Below the pieces are notes generated by a model, which worked only from the letters and a program-made list of their open reading frames with translations, did not search any database and was not told where the DNA came from. A DNA stretch of 64,000 nucleotides from Candidatus Latescibacterota bacterium (lineage in GTDB: Bacteria; Latescibacterota; UBA2968; UBA8231). This document shows positions 37,733 to 47,931 of this stretch, piece after piece. The stretch covers positions 2,112,001 through 2,176,000 of the forward strand of contig OZ253462.1 of NCBI GenBank assembly GCA_965261395.1, written 5' to 3'. Within the stretch, counting starts at the first letter, position 1. Each line of letters opens with the position of its first letter. The position numbers were made by a program, and so were the translations under genes.

Positions 37733-39421
37733 TCACCCCAAGTACACAAACAAGTACACCGCCAAGAAAATCGTCACCAATAACACGCTGCTACTGATAG
37801 GCCATGACCGCGCAAAAACGCCGGTCGGGCCGTGGTACTGGCGCACCTGTTCTATTAAAGCGAAGACCCGTCGCTTGCCCCAAGTGATCAGTCCATCCCG
37901 CAGCGGTGCCCCCACCTGTGCGCACAACCGCGCTGCGCTGGGCAGCAGCTTTCGGTAGGTCCAGTCCACGTCGATATTGGCCGAGCGCAGCTCCGGCGGA
38001 TAGATGCCCGTCAGCTTGAGCGCGACAAAGGCCAGTGCCGAAAAGAACAACAACTGGAGCTGGAGGACGATGTGGGTCGCATCGTACGGATTGTAGTCAA
38101 CTGGGTAGGGCAGGAGCCGGTACAGATAGTGCGGGAATGAGCCAATGCCAATACACAGCGCCGCCCCGATCCCCATCGCCAAAAGCATGTTGCGCGGTGC
38201 TTCGCGGCAGCGGATCCCCGCGTCGTGGGCGAAGAAGGCAAAGAAGGGTATTTTGATGCCGGCGTGATGGAAGACGCCAGCCGAGGCAAACAGCAGCAGC
38301 AGCCAGACGACAAGGTGTCCCTCGTTGGCCGCGGCCTGCATGACCATCGACTTGCTGACAAAGCCGCTAAAGAGCGGGAAGGCCGAAATCGACGCGGCCC
38401 CGATCATGCAGAAGCCGCAGGTCCAAGGCATGGATTTGTACAGCCCCCCGAGATCCGAGCCGTTGATCCTGCCGGTGCGGTAGAGCACCGCGCCCATCGA
38501 CATAAAAAGCAGACCTTTGAAGAGCACGTCGTTGAAGGCGTGGGCAACCGCGCCGTTGACGCCCATACCTGGCCCCAAGCCGACGCCGACAACCATAAAG
38601 CCGATCTGGTTGATCATGCTGTAGCCCAACACGCGGCGCAGATCATTTTCAATAACCGCATAGAAGATGGGAAACATCGCCATGGCCGCGCCGATGTAGA
38701 GCAGGCATTCGGTGCCGGCAAAACTGCGCGCCAACACATAGACCGCGGTCTTGGTGGTAAAGGAGCTCAAAAAAACCGCGCCGGTGGGCGTGGACTCCGG
38801 GTAGGCATCCACCAGCCACGAGTGCAAGAATGGGAAGGCGCATTTAATGCCAACGCCGAGGAAGATCAGCCGCGTGGCCCAGCTATCGATGCCCAGATGC
38901 CCCAGCGCCAGCGAGCCGGTCTGCTGGTAGTGCCACGCCGTGCCGACCAAAAGCAGCAGGCCAGAGCTGATGTGGATCAGGAGGTAGCGCGTGCCCGCGG
39001 CAATAGCCCTTTCGCTTTGGTTGGCCCAAATCTGGAAGACCGAGCTAATCGCCAACAGCTCCCAGAAGATGAAGAGCGCGATGAGATCGCCGGCAAAAAC
39101 CGCACCCACGGCCGCGCCCGCGTACAGGAAGCCGGTCGCCTGTTGCAGCCGATCTTTCAAATGCAGCGAGAAGAGCGCGGCGAGGAAGGCGGCCACGTGA
39201 AAGAGATAGCCAAAGAGCAGGCTGAGTTGGTCAACGCGCACCCAGTGCAGCTCGTAGCCAGCTAGGGAGCCGACTTGGCTGTCGCCAATCTGATAGCCGA
39301 GGAGATTGGCGAATCCGGCCAACGGCAAAAGGAGCAACGCGATCCGCCGCACGGCCAGCGGCAAGACGGGCAACAGCAGCCCGCCTAACAGCAGGAAGGC
39401 CGCCGGGTGCAGGCTAGTCAT
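37733..39421 (-). CDS. mrpD: Mrp/Mnh antiporter subunit D-like
   Basis: NuoL/M/N-type membrane protein: FIFWELL, HSWLVDAYP, FTTKT, HAFNDVLFKGLLF. Confidence 0.85.
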   Translation of the reverse strand: MTSLHPAAFLLLGGLLLPVLPLAVRRIALLLLPLAGFANLLGYQIGDSQVGSLAGYELHWVRVDQLSLLFGYLFHVAAFLAALFSLHLKDRLQQATGFLYAGAAVGAVFAGDLIALFIFWELLAISSVFQIWANQSERAIAAGTRYLLIHISSGLLLLVGTAWHYQQTGSLALGHLGIDSWATRLIFLGVGIKCAFPFLHSWLVDAYPESTPTGAVFLSSFTTKTAVYVLARSFAGTECLLYIGAAMAMFPIFYAVIENDLRRVLGYSMINQIGFMVVGVGLGPGMGVNGAVAHAFNDVLFKGLLFMSMGAVLYRTGRINGSDLGGLYKSMPWTCGFCMIGAASISAFPLFSGFVSKSMVMQAAANEGHLVVWLLLLFASAGVFHHAGIKIPFFAFFAHDAGIRCREAPRNMLLAMGIGAALCIGIGSFPHYLYRLLPYPVDYNPYDATHIVLQLQLLFFSALAFVALKLTGIYPPELRSANIDVDWTYRKLLPSAARLCAQVGAPLRDGLITWGKRRVFALIEQVRQYHGPTGVFARSWPISSSVLLVTIFLAVYLFVYLG

Positions 39422-39674
39422 AGTAATCCTCGCGGCGCATCAGCACCTTGCGTAGCTGGGTGGCCGTCACAACCAAAAGCACGCAAGCGACAAACCCGTA
39501 TATCGCGTAAAAACCGAACCATCCCTCAACCGGAAAGACACCCTCGGCAAAGTTCAAGTGCCGATGGACGAGCAAGTCCAAGCCCAAGAGCAAGGCGCAG
39601 AGGGCGAAGAAGATCCATATCAGGCGGTGGACGTTCCGCGGCTGGTCGAATAGGTGTTTTTTTTCTGGGGGCAT
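39414..39674 (-). CDS. Small 2-TM protein of the Mrp cluster
   Basis: GFYAIYGFVAC...LMRREDYYD; overlaps the next gene. Confidence 0.75.
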   Translation of the reverse strand: MPPEKKHLFDQPRNVHRLIWIFFALCALLLGLDLLVHRHLNFAEGVFPVEGWFGFYAIYGFVACVLLVVTATQLRKVLMRREDYYD

Positions 39675-39678
39675 GGCC

Positions 39679-41133
39679 TTATTCTCCGATCTGGCGGCAG
39701 AGGTCGAGGAGAGGGTCGGGGTAGAAGAAGAGCACTAGCCCGCCCAGTGCCGTGCAAACAAGTGGCAGGACGCAGGCCAGCGGGGCTTCCTGTAGGCCCT
39801 TTTCTCCAGCAGGTGCTGCGTAGAAGAAGGCGTTGACGGTCACCGGCAACAGATAGGCGACGTTGAGCAGTGAGCTTACCAAAAGTACGCCGATGGCCAC
39901 GTACTGCCCTGCGTCCAGCCCGGCGAGAATGAGGTACCATTTGCTCCAGGCACCTCCCAGCGGCGGCAAGCCGATGATGCTGAGTGATCCGATGAGAAAG
40001 GCCCCCATCGTCCACGGCATTTGCCGGCCAATGCCCTTCATCTCGCTGATCTCGGTCTTGTGCAAGGCAACCGCAATGGCCCCGGCACAAAAGAAGAGCG
40101 TGATCTTGCCAAAGGCGTGCATGGCGATGTGCAGACTGCCGCCGAGGATGCCCCAACTATTGGCCAAGGCCGCGCCGAGGACGATGTAGGAGAGCTGACT
40201 GACCGTGGAATACGCCAAGCGCGCCTTGAGGTTGTCCTTGGTCATGGCCACCAACGAGCCAATGAGAATCGTGGCGCAGGCCACGTAGGCCAGATACGTG
40301 CCCAAGCCGGTGTCGGCGAGCAGGTCAATGCCGAAGATATAGACGACCACTTTGAGGACGGTGAAGACGCCGGCCTTGACCACGGCCACCGCGTGCAGCA
40401 GGGCGCTGACCGGGGCCGGAGCCACCATGGCGGCGGGGAGCCAGCGGTGAAAGGGCATGAGCGCGGCCTTTCCCGTGCCAAAGGCGTAGAGAAAGAGCAG
40501 GACGCCGAGAATCCACGTCGGGGCCTTGCCCGCGAGGATGCCGCCGGGGACGAAGGCGAGCGTGCCGGTGAGGTGGTAGGTAGCGACCATCGCCAGCAGC
40601 AGGAAGCAGATCGAGGTCGAAAGCAGTACCCCCATATAGACGCGGCCCCCCGCTGTAGCCTCCGTGCTGCGGTGGTGGGTGACCAGCGGGTAAGTTGACA
40701 GCGTCAGCGCCTCATAGCAGAAAAACAGCGTCAGCATGTTGCCGGCGAAGGCCGCGCCCAAGGCCGCGGCGATCGCCAAGGCGAAGAAGGCGAAAAAGCG
40801 GGTCTGGTTTTCCTCGTGGTGGCCCCGCATGTAGCCGATGGAGTACACCGAGGTCACTATCCACAGCCCAGCGGCGATTAGCGCAAAGAGCGCACCGAGC
40901 GGCTCGACCTCAAAGACCAAGGGTACGTCAGGGAAGACCTCCACCAAATGCACCATTGGCCGGGCACCTGCGACGACTTTGGGCACCAAGGTGCAGACCG
41001 CGGCAAAGGTGCCTAACCCAGCGAGCAAAGTCGCGGTCTCGCGCAGGTTGGGACGACGACCCAAAAGGGCGATCAATGGTGCAGCACCCAAGGGCAGCAG
41101 CACGGCCACGACGATGGCGGCGGAGGCACTCAT
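39679..41133 (-). CDS. mrpD: Mrp/Mnh antiporter subunit D-like
   Basis: CYEALTLSTYPLV, PFHRWLPAAMVAPAPVSALLHAVAVVKAG. Start placed at MSASAA (ATGA overlap). Confidence 0.88.
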   Translation of the reverse strand: MSASAAIVVAVLLPLGAAPLIALLGRRPNLRETATLLAGLGTFAAVCTLVPKVVAGARPMVHLVEVFPDVPLVFEVEPLGALFALIAAGLWIVTSVYSIGYMRGHHEENQTRFFAFFALAIAAALGAAFAGNMLTLFFCYEALTLSTYPLVTHHRSTEATAGGRVYMGVLLSTSICFLLLAMVATYHLTGTLAFVPGGILAGKAPTWILGVLLFLYAFGTGKAALMPFHRWLPAAMVAPAPVSALLHAVAVVKAGVFTVLKVVVYIFGIDLLADTGLGTYLAYVACATILIGSLVAMTKDNLKARLAYSTVSQLSYIVLGAALANSWGILGGSLHIAMHAFGKITLFFCAGAIAVALHKTEISEMKGIGRQMPWTMGAFLIGSLSIIGLPPLGGAWSKWYLILAGLDAGQYVAIGVLLVSSLLNVAYLLPVTVNAFFYAAPAGEKGLQEAPLACVLPLVCTALGGLVLFFYPDPLLDLCRQIGE

Positions 41134-42611
41134 GGCGCAACACCCAAGAGCCAGTGCGCCGCCTTGCGGGCGACCCCAGCCGTCAGCGAAGTCTGCATTC
41201 CCAGCCCGATGGTAAGGGCGATGAGCAGCCATACGGGAATCTGCATCGAGAGGGGGGCTTCGGCCACGGGTGCCGCATCTTCGGGCACTGGGCGGAAATA
41301 GGCGATCTCGACAAAGCGCCAGATATAGACCAGCGCCAGCAGCGAGCTGATCACCACTAGCGCGGCCACCGGCCACCAGCCGTGCTCCAGCGCACCCAAG
41401 ATCAAATACCACTTGCTGATAAAGCCCACGGTAAACGGTATGCCGACTAGCCCCAAGCCGGCGAGGACAAAGGCGCACGAAGTCAGCGGCAGGCGCTTGC
41501 CCAGCCCGCTGAGGTCAGCCAATTGCACGGAGTTGACACGGAGGAAGATGCAGCCAGCGGCCAGAAAGAGCGCCGCCTTCATCAGCGCGTGATTGAAGAG
41601 GTGGACGATGCCGGCAGTCAGTCCAGTGGCCGATCCCAAGCTAATGCCGAGCATCACATAGCCGATTTGCGCCACGCTCGAATAGGCCAAAAGCCGCTTG
41701 AGATCGGTTTGGTAGATGGCCACGGCCGAGGCGATGAAAATGCCCAAGAGCGCCAGCGGCAAGAGCAGGACATCGAGGTGCATGGTGCCAAAGGCGAAGT
41801 CCGCGCCAAAGATCGTGAAGACAAAGCGCAGGAAGGCGTACGCGGCGACCTTAGTTGCAGTCGCCGCGATAAAGGCAGTAACGACCGACGGGGCATAGGT
41901 GTAGGCGTTGGGCAACCATATATGCAGCGGGAAAAGCGCCATCTTGAGGGTGAAGCCAACGCTTATAAAGGCAAAGGCCACATGGATGGTGCGAGTGTGG
42001 TCAACGGCTTTGATTCGCGTGGCGAGATCGGCCATGTTAAGCGTGCCGGTCATCGCGTACATCAAGCCGATGCCGATCAGGATAAAGGTCGCGCCGATCG
42101 TGCCCAAGACTAGGTAGTTATACGTCGCCATAAGGGCGCGGCGATCCCGGCCGAGGCTAATCAGCCCATACGCCGAAAGCGACGAGATCTCCATAAAGAC
42201 GAAGACGTTAAAGACGTCGCCGGTAATGGCAATGCCCAGCAGGCCAGCGAGGCAAAGCAGGAAGATCGCGCAGAAGTACGGGCGGCGATCTGCTTCCACT
42301 TCCCGCGCCGCACTCGCCGGTGCGTAGGTCAGGACCACGGCACCAATTAGCGCCACCAGTAGAATCAAATACGCATTGAGGACATCTACCCGGAACTCGA
42401 TGCCCCAAGGTGCGCTCCAGCCGCCTAGGGCATAGGAGATGGGACCGGAGGAGAGGACTTGCTGCAATAGCAGCGCGGCCAGCGCCAGCGTGCCCCAGCC
42501 GACGGCCACGACAAACGGCCAGAGCAAGCGCTGCGGACGCAGCAATAGGCAGAGCGGCGCAGCGACCAGCGGTAAGACGATCTGCAGGGCGGGTAGATGG
42601 GCGGCGATCAC
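41130..42611 (-). CDS. mrpD: Mrp/Mnh antiporter subunit D
   Basis: TGDVFNVFVFMEI, FPLHIWLPNAY, LKRLLAYSSVAQIGY. Confidence 0.9.
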   Translation of the reverse strand: MIAAHLPALQIVLPLVAAPLCLLLRPQRLLWPFVVAVGWGTLALAALLLQQVLSSGPISYALGGWSAPWGIEFRVDVLNAYLILLVALIGAVVLTYAPASAAREVEADRRPYFCAIFLLCLAGLLGIAITGDVFNVFVFMEISSLSAYGLISLGRDRRALMATYNYLVLGTIGATFILIGIGLMYAMTGTLNMADLATRIKAVDHTRTIHVAFAFISVGFTLKMALFPLHIWLPNAYTYAPSVVTAFIAATATKVAAYAFLRFVFTIFGADFAFGTMHLDVLLLPLALLGIFIASAVAIYQTDLKRLLAYSSVAQIGYVMLGISLGSATGLTAGIVHLFNHALMKAALFLAAGCIFLRVNSVQLADLSGLGKRLPLTSCAFVLAGLGLVGIPFTVGFISKWYLILGALEHGWWPVAALVVISSLLALVYIWRFVEIAYFRPVPEDAAPVAEAPLSMQIPVWLLIALTIGLGMQTSLTAGVARKAAHWLLGVAP

Positions 42612-42964
42612 GACCCCTCTTCCCGGCGTTGGATCTCGTCTTCTTCGATAGTTCCGTAGGCCTCGCGGATGCGCACCACCAGCGCCAACCCCACCGCAGT
42701 GGTGGCGATGCCGACGACAATGGCGGTGAGGATGAGGACGTGGGGCAATGGGTTGGAGTATGTCGTCACGCCTTCGGCGAGGATGGGCGCGGTCCCTCCC
42801 TCGACTTTGCCCATGCTAATGTAGAGCAAAAAGACCGAGGTCTGGAAGATATTGAGGCCAATCATTTTCCGAATCAGGTTGCCGCGGGCAATGACGTTGT
42901 AGAAGCCGGCCATCATCAGGAAAATGACGATCCAGTAGTTATACAGACCGAGGAACGAACTCAT
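42608..42964 (-). CDS. mrpC: Mrp/Mnh antiporter subunit C
   Basis: NPLPHVLILTAIVVG. Confidence 0.92.
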   Translation of the reverse strand: MSSFLGLYNYWIVIFLMMAGFYNVIARGNLIRKMIGLNIFQTSVFLLYISMGKVEGGTAPILAEGVTTYSNPLPHVLILTAIVVGIATTAVGLALVVRIREAYGTIEEDEIQRREEGS

Positions 42965-43932
42965 GGCCGCCCTCGGCTGGCGAAGTAGCAGAAGGTGTTA
43001 ATGACGACTGCGGCGACGGTGATGCCGACCCCAAGCTCAATCAGCAAAATGCCGTAGTGCTCACCGTGGGTAGGCTCGCTGGCCAGCACCTTGTATTCGA
43101 GGAAATTGCCCCCGGCCAAGAGACAGGCCAAGCCCGTGCCGATGTAGAGCAGGAGCCCCAAGGCGAAAAAGACTTGGACGCGGCCCGGTGGGGCCACTCG
43201 GCGCGCTTCCTCGACCCCGTAGATCAAGGCGTAGAGAATAAAGGCCGCGGCAAAGAGCACACCCGACTGGAACCCGCCACCGGGGCCGAAGTCGCCGTGG
43301 AACTGCACGTAGAGGGCAAAGAGCAGAATCAGCGGGATGAAGAGCTTGGAGACGACGCGGAGGATCATCGCGTGTCGCATGGATTCACCGTTTTCGTCCG
43401 GCGCGGGACGGCTGCCGTGCAAGAGCAAGATTACTGCTAGCCCGGCGGTGAAGATCACCGTCACCTCGCCCAAGGTGTCGTAGCCCCGGTAGCTGGCCAG
43501 CACGGAGGTGACCATGTTGGGGATGCCGATTTCCTCGGGGGACTCGACGATATAGCGAGGGGCCACGTGCTGGTGGACCGGAGCGTTGGGGTCGCCCAAA
43601 TGCGGCATATCCAGCGTACCATAGATGAGCGCACCGCCGGTCAGGAGGCAGACAGAGAGGCCACTCCAGGAGTGTTGATGTCGGGTCTTTTCGCTCGGCC
43701 CGGTCGAAGAAAGCGCGGCTAGGAAGAGCACCGTCGCCAGGCCCGCACCCACCGCCGCTTCGGTGAAAGCTACATCGACTGCATCGAGCGAGGTAAAGAT
43801 ACAAGCCGAAAGCAGGCTGAAGATGCCGGTGAGCACTACCGCAGCAAAAAGGTCCCGCACCTGGATAATGGCCACGGCGATAACGGCGAGGAACGTCATC
43901 AACACGACGTCGATGTCAATTAGCGCAGTCAC
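42961..43932 (-). CDS. mrpB: Mrp/Mnh subunit B (DUF4040 plus MnhB)
   Basis: DVAFTEAAVGAG, NMVTSVLASYRGYDTLGE, GPGGGFQSG. Confidence 0.88.
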   Translation of the reverse strand: MTALIDIDVVLMTFLAVIAVAIIQVRDLFAAVVLTGIFSLLSACIFTSLDAVDVAFTEAAVGAGLATVLFLAALSSTGPSEKTRHQHSWSGLSVCLLTGGALIYGTLDMPHLGDPNAPVHQHVAPRYIVESPEEIGIPNMVTSVLASYRGYDTLGEVTVIFTAGLAVILLLHGSRPAPDENGESMRHAMILRVVSKLFIPLILLFALYVQFHGDFGPGGGFQSGVLFAAAFILYALIYGVEEARRVAPPGRVQVFFALGLLLYIGTGLACLLAGGNFLEYKVLASEPTHGEHYGILLIELGVGITVAAVVINTFCYFASRGRP

Positions 43933-44243
43933 TGTTCCTCCCCAGTGCCTTGGGGCGCAAGCCCACTGTGCCGCGCCGCGCGGGCGATGGCGTGGGTGGC
44001 GACGGGGCCGGCCAGCAGCAAGAAGAGCGCGATCATCACCAGCTTGACGGTCGCCAGCGACAGACCGCTCTGGAACATAAGCCCCAAGAGGATCAAACCT
44101 GCGCCCAACGTATCGGTGACACCGCCGCCGTGCATGCGGCTGTAGAAGTCGGGCAACCGCAGGAGACCCACGCCGCCGACGAAGCAGAAGCCAGCCCCCA
44201 ACAGCAGACAGACCCAGCTAGCATAGTAGAGCAGTGCTTCCAT
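43929..44243 (-). CDS. mrpG: Mrp/Mnh subunit G
   Basis: GLLRLPDFYSRMH, PVATHAIARAA. Confidence 0.92.
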   Translation of the reverse strand: MEALLYYASWVCLLLGAGFCFVGGVGLLRLPDFYSRMHGGGVTDTLGAGLILLGLMFQSGLSLATVKLVMIALFLLLAGPVATHAIARAARHSGLAPQGTGEEQ

Positions 44244-44509
44244 CAGGCGTGGGCCTCCTCCTCGCCAACAGTCGAGACGTATTTGAGGATGGCGATGGTG
44301 CCGATGAAATTGATTAGCGCATAGACCAGCCCCAAGTCGAGAAAGTCGGGCCGGCCAGTCAAAAAGCCGATGACCGACAACAGCAGCACGGTCTTGGTGC
44401 CGAACATATTGACGGCGAGCACGCGGTCGTACACGGTGGGGCCTTTCAGGGCGCGGACTAAGGCCAACAGCATGGTGGCCAGCACCCCGATCATCGCCGC
44501 GGCGAACAC
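44243..44509 (-). CDS. mrpF: Mrp/Mnh subunit F
   Basis: GPTVYDRVLA, LINFIGTIA. Confidence 0.92.
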   Translation of the reverse strand: MFAAAMIGVLATMLLALVRALKGPTVYDRVLAVNMFGTKTVLLLSVIGFLTGRPDFLDLGLVYALINFIGTIAILKYVSTVGEEEAHA

Positions 44510-44997
44510 TAGCTCTCCCCTTCCATGTCGGTTACGCGGCTGTCCATGGTCCCAGAGCGCACATCCTCAGCGGCTTCACGGGTCAAGGCGTGAACATCAA
44601 TGGTGCCTTCGTCGGTCTCAACGGCGACCGTGCCCGGCGTCAGGGTGATGGAGTTGGCGTAAATGACTTGCCCCAAGTGGGTCTTTTGGCTTGCCTCGAC
44701 TTGGATCACGCGCGGCGACATCGGCAGCCGAGGATGCACGATCCGCCGCGCGACATCGATATTGGCTTTGACTATCGCCCAGAGAAGCCAAGGCATATAG
44801 CGCAGTAGGCCGGGGATCAGGTGATTGGGGTGCCCTTCGGGATCGATGATCTTCATGCGGCGGCAGACGGCGACGACCACAAGGCACGAGAGAGCACCCA
44901 AGCCCAAGAGCAGACCCGTGTAAATGCCCGACAAAAGCAGCCAGGTCAAAAACAGCAGGACGAAAAGACTAAGCGTTCTGCGCAGCGTGTTTGGCAA
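44509..44997 (-). CDS. mrpE: Mrp/Mnh subunit E
   Basis: ANIDVAR, ANSITLTPGT, VHAL. Confidence 0.92.
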   Translation of the reverse strand: MPNTLRRTLSLFVLLFLTWLLLSGIYTGLLLGLGALSCLVVVAVCRRMKIIDPEGHPNHLIPGLLRYMPWLLWAIVKANIDVARRIVHPRLPMSPRVIQVEASQKTHLGQVIYANSITLTPGTVAVETDEGTIDVHALTREAAEDVRSGTMDSRVTDMEGES

Positions 44998-45254
44998 AAT
45001 AAGCCCTCAATTCTCCTTGCAATGAGCGGACATAATTTCTGCAATTGCGGGCGGGGATGCAAGAAATGGCCGAGGCTTGGCAGCGTGCCCCGGCGACCAG
45101 CAGCGAGCAGGTTTCATAACTTATGGGTACCCTTGCCGGAACTTGTATTATTTTTTTGTTACATCAGTTGAAATTCTTCTTTGTAGATCCACCGCGCCGT
45201 CATGGGCACTACCGCTGTTTCTCCGTCGTAGGCAAAAAACCAAAGGAAAACACC

Positions 45255-45998
45255 ATGGACGCTCAACAGCAGTACCTCTTCGACTTGCAGGGCTACATCG
45301 CACTCAAGGGCGTCGTGCCCGCAGCAGTGGTCGCCGCCTGCAACCAGGTTCTGGACCGCTTCGAGACCATGGACGAGGCCGATTACCCACCGCCGCTGTG
45401 TTTGGGCGACCAGCGCACGCAACAGAACCTCTATATTTCAAACATTCTCGAAGGGGACGAAGTCCTCCGCCCGTTGATCGATATTCCCGCGGTCCTAGAT
45501 GTCGTCGCCACAGTCACCGGGGGGCCGTACCGACTCAACCACACCTATGCGATCTATCGCTGGGGCGGCGGCTACACTGGCCTGCACATGCACGGCACGC
45601 CCATCATTCCCAAGTGTCAGTACCACTGCCGCAACGGGCAGATGGTTTCGACCCTGACCAAGGCGGTCTTTCCCCTGCTCGACTGCGCCGAGGAAGACGG
45701 CTGTTTCGCCGTGATCCCCGGCGCTCACAAAAGCAACTTCCCTAGGCCCTGGGGCCCTCACCCAGACGAAAATCCGGCGCTACAAGCAGTGCCGGCCGCC
45801 GCCGGGGACGCCATCATCTTTACCGAGGCGTTGACTCACGGCTCGCTGGTCAATACTTCCGGTCGTCCTCGCCGGACCCTATATTATTGCTACAGCACAG
45901 GATATATGCCCGACTGGGGTGGACAGCACCTGCGCTTCAGCGACGAAATCTACGAGGCATTACCCGAGCAACAGCGCGAAATACTCAGGCTAAAATGA
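45255..45998 (+). CDS. PhyH-family dioxygenase
   Basis: YLFDLQGY, GCFAVIPGAHKSN, GDAIIFTEALTHG. Start at MDAQQQ after AAAGGA. Confidence 0.88.
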   Translation: MDAQQQYLFDLQGYIALKGVVPAAVVAACNQVLDRFETMDEADYPPPLCLGDQRTQQNLYISNILEGDEVLRPLIDIPAVLDVVATVTGGPYRLNHTYAIYRWGGGYTGLHMHGTPIIPKCQYHCRNGQMVSTLTKAVFPLLDCAEEDGCFAVIPGAHKSNFPRPWGPHPDENPALQAVPAAAGDAIIFTEALTHGSLVNTSGRPRRTLYYCYSTGYMPDWGGQHLRFSDEIYEALPEQQREILRLK

Positions 45999-46011
45999 CG
46001 GAGAAAAGGCC

Positions 46012-46887
46012 ATGTTGACACAAGAACAGATCGCCAGCTACCACGAGAAGGGCTACCTCGGCGTCGAGGGGGTCTTGGCTCCCGGAGAAGTAGAGGCGCT
46101 GCGGCAGGTCACCGACGAGTTCGTCGAGCAGTCGCGGACCGCAACCGAAGGCGACACCGTATTCGACTTGGAGCCGGGGCACGCGCCCGATAATCCCAAG
46201 CTGCGGCGGCTCAAAAGCCCGGTCGCCCAGCACGAAATCTACCGCAGCACCCTGCACCACGAGCGGATTCTGGATATCATCGCCCAGTTGATCGGTCCGA
46301 GGATCCGCACCAACGGAGACAAGCTCAACATGAAATCCGGTGGCTTTGGCAGCCCGGTGGAGTGGCATCAGGACTGGGCTTTTTATCCGCACACCAACGA
46401 CGACCTGCTAGCCGTGGGAGTGTGCATCGACGATATGAACGAGACAAACGGCTGCTTGCTGGTCATCCCTAAGTCGCACAAGGAACCGATCTACAACCAC
46501 CACCTCGACGGCCACTTCGCCGGTGCGGTGACCACGATGGATTTCGACGACTCCGCCGCCGAAAAGGTCGAGCTAAAAGCCGGCGGCATCTCCATCCACC
46601 ACGTCCGCGCCCTGCACGCCTCCCTGCCCAACCTCTCGCCGCATCCGCGCCGGCTCCTGCTTTTGCAGTATTGCGCTGGCGACTCCTGGCCCTTGGTGCC
46701 AGCGCCCGATTGGGAGGGCTATTGCCGGACCTTCGTGCGCGGCGAGCCGAGCCGGCACATCCGCGTCGCCGACGTGCCCGTGAGCATGCCGATGCCCGGT
46801 GCCAAGGTCGGCGGCTCCATCTACGCTACCCAAACCATATTGCGCCACTCGACCTTCGGATCGGTGAAAGCCGCACAGCCCGCCTAA
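46012..46887 (+). CDS. PhyH-family dioxygenase
   Basis: KLNMK, WHQDWAFYPH, NGCLLVIPKSH, HHVRALHAS. Confidence 0.92.
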   Translation: MLTQEQIASYHEKGYLGVEGVLAPGEVEALRQVTDEFVEQSRTATEGDTVFDLEPGHAPDNPKLRRLKSPVAQHEIYRSTLHHERILDIIAQLIGPRIRTNGDKLNMKSGGFGSPVEWHQDWAFYPHTNDDLLAVGVCIDDMNETNGCLLVIPKSHKEPIYNHHLDGHFAGAVTTMDFDDSAAEKVELKAGGISIHHVRALHASLPNLSPHPRRLLLLQYCAGDSWPLVPAPDWEGYCRTFVRGEPSRHIRVADVPVSMPMPGAKVGGSIYATQTILRHSTFGSVKAAQPA

Positions 46888-46905
46888 CACGGCGCACTGT
46901 GCGCT

Positions 46906-47835
46906 GTGTCCATGAACCTGCAACACCTGCGCTACTTTCTCGCCGTGGCGCGCACGGGCGGCTTTACCCCAGCGGCGCGCCAGATGAACGTGACCCAGCC
47001 GACGGTTTCCAGCGCGGTTTTGGAGCTGGAGAAGAGCATGGGGGTCCAGCTCTTCAACCGCGACAATCGGCACGTGGCCCTGACGACGGAGGGCCGCCTG
47101 CTGCTGAGTTATGCCATCCAAGTCGCGGACCTGCTGGAGGAGGCGAGCGAGCGGCTGCAGCGCAGCGACCTAGAGCCGGGAGGGGGCTTTCAGTTTGGGG
47201 CGGTGGACGCGGCCGTCATCTACCTCCTGCCGGAGATTCTCAAAGAGTACATGCGCCGCTATCCGGGCGTCGCGCTCAAGACCCAAGTGGCCCCCTCGCG
47301 TGCCCTAGTCGAGGACCTCTTGCTGAACCGCTCCGAGTTCGCGCTGATCCACCTGCCTTATCCCCATCCCAGAGTCGCAGCCGTGCCGATTTACCGCGAC
47401 GAAATGCCCTTAGTTGTCGGCGCGGGGCATCCCTTCGCCCAGTGCGGCGAAGTCGATCTCGCCGAGGTAATAAAAGAACCGCTGATCCTCTTTCACGCCG
47501 ACTCGGTCTCGCGCAAGGTCGTCGATGAGAAGCTAACCGAATCAGGACTGGAACTAGGCACAGTGATGGAGTTGAGCAGCCCGGAGGCTATGCGCAAGTT
47601 GGTGGAGGCCGGGGTGGGCATTTCGTTTTTGCCGCGGCTGACCATCCGCGCGTCGCTGGCCAGCGGCGCGCTCAAAACAGTGGACGTGCGCGGCGTGGCC
47701 TTTGAGCGCGAAATCGGCGTGGCCTGGCGTCGGGGCCGCTACTTTGGCCAAGCCGTGCGGCTCTTGCTCGAAGCCGTGTTTGCCGCCTATGGCGGGGGGG
47801 ACGAGTGGCTGCAAAAGATCGCGCCGAAAAGCTGA
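46906..47835 (+). CDS. LysR-family regulator
   Basis: LRYFLAVA..GGFT.AA..MNVTQPTVS...LE..MGVQLFNR. Confidence 0.95.
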   Translation: MSMNLQHLRYFLAVARTGGFTPAARQMNVTQPTVSSAVLELEKSMGVQLFNRDNRHVALTTEGRLLLSYAIQVADLLEEASERLQRSDLEPGGGFQFGAVDAAVIYLLPEILKEYMRRYPGVALKTQVAPSRALVEDLLLNRSEFALIHLPYPHPRVAAVPIYRDEMPLVVGAGHPFAQCGEVDLAEVIKEPLILFHADSVSRKVVDEKLTESGLELGTVMELSSPEAMRKLVEAGVGISFLPRLTIRASLASGALKTVDVRGVAFEREIGVAWRRGRYFGQAVRLLLEAVFAAYGGGDEWLQKIAPKS

Positions 47836-47931
47836 TACAAGGTCCTTGCCCTCCGCGATATTGCCACGATTCGCGCCAGCGGCGTTCTTATTTTTAACCC
47901 ATTTTTAACCTAAAACTGAGAGCAAGCATCT

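Noticed and set aside
41134-41478. N-terminal extension of the 599-aa MrpD ORF
   Set aside because: It overlaps the upstream mrpD; the ATGA-coupled start at 41133 fits better.
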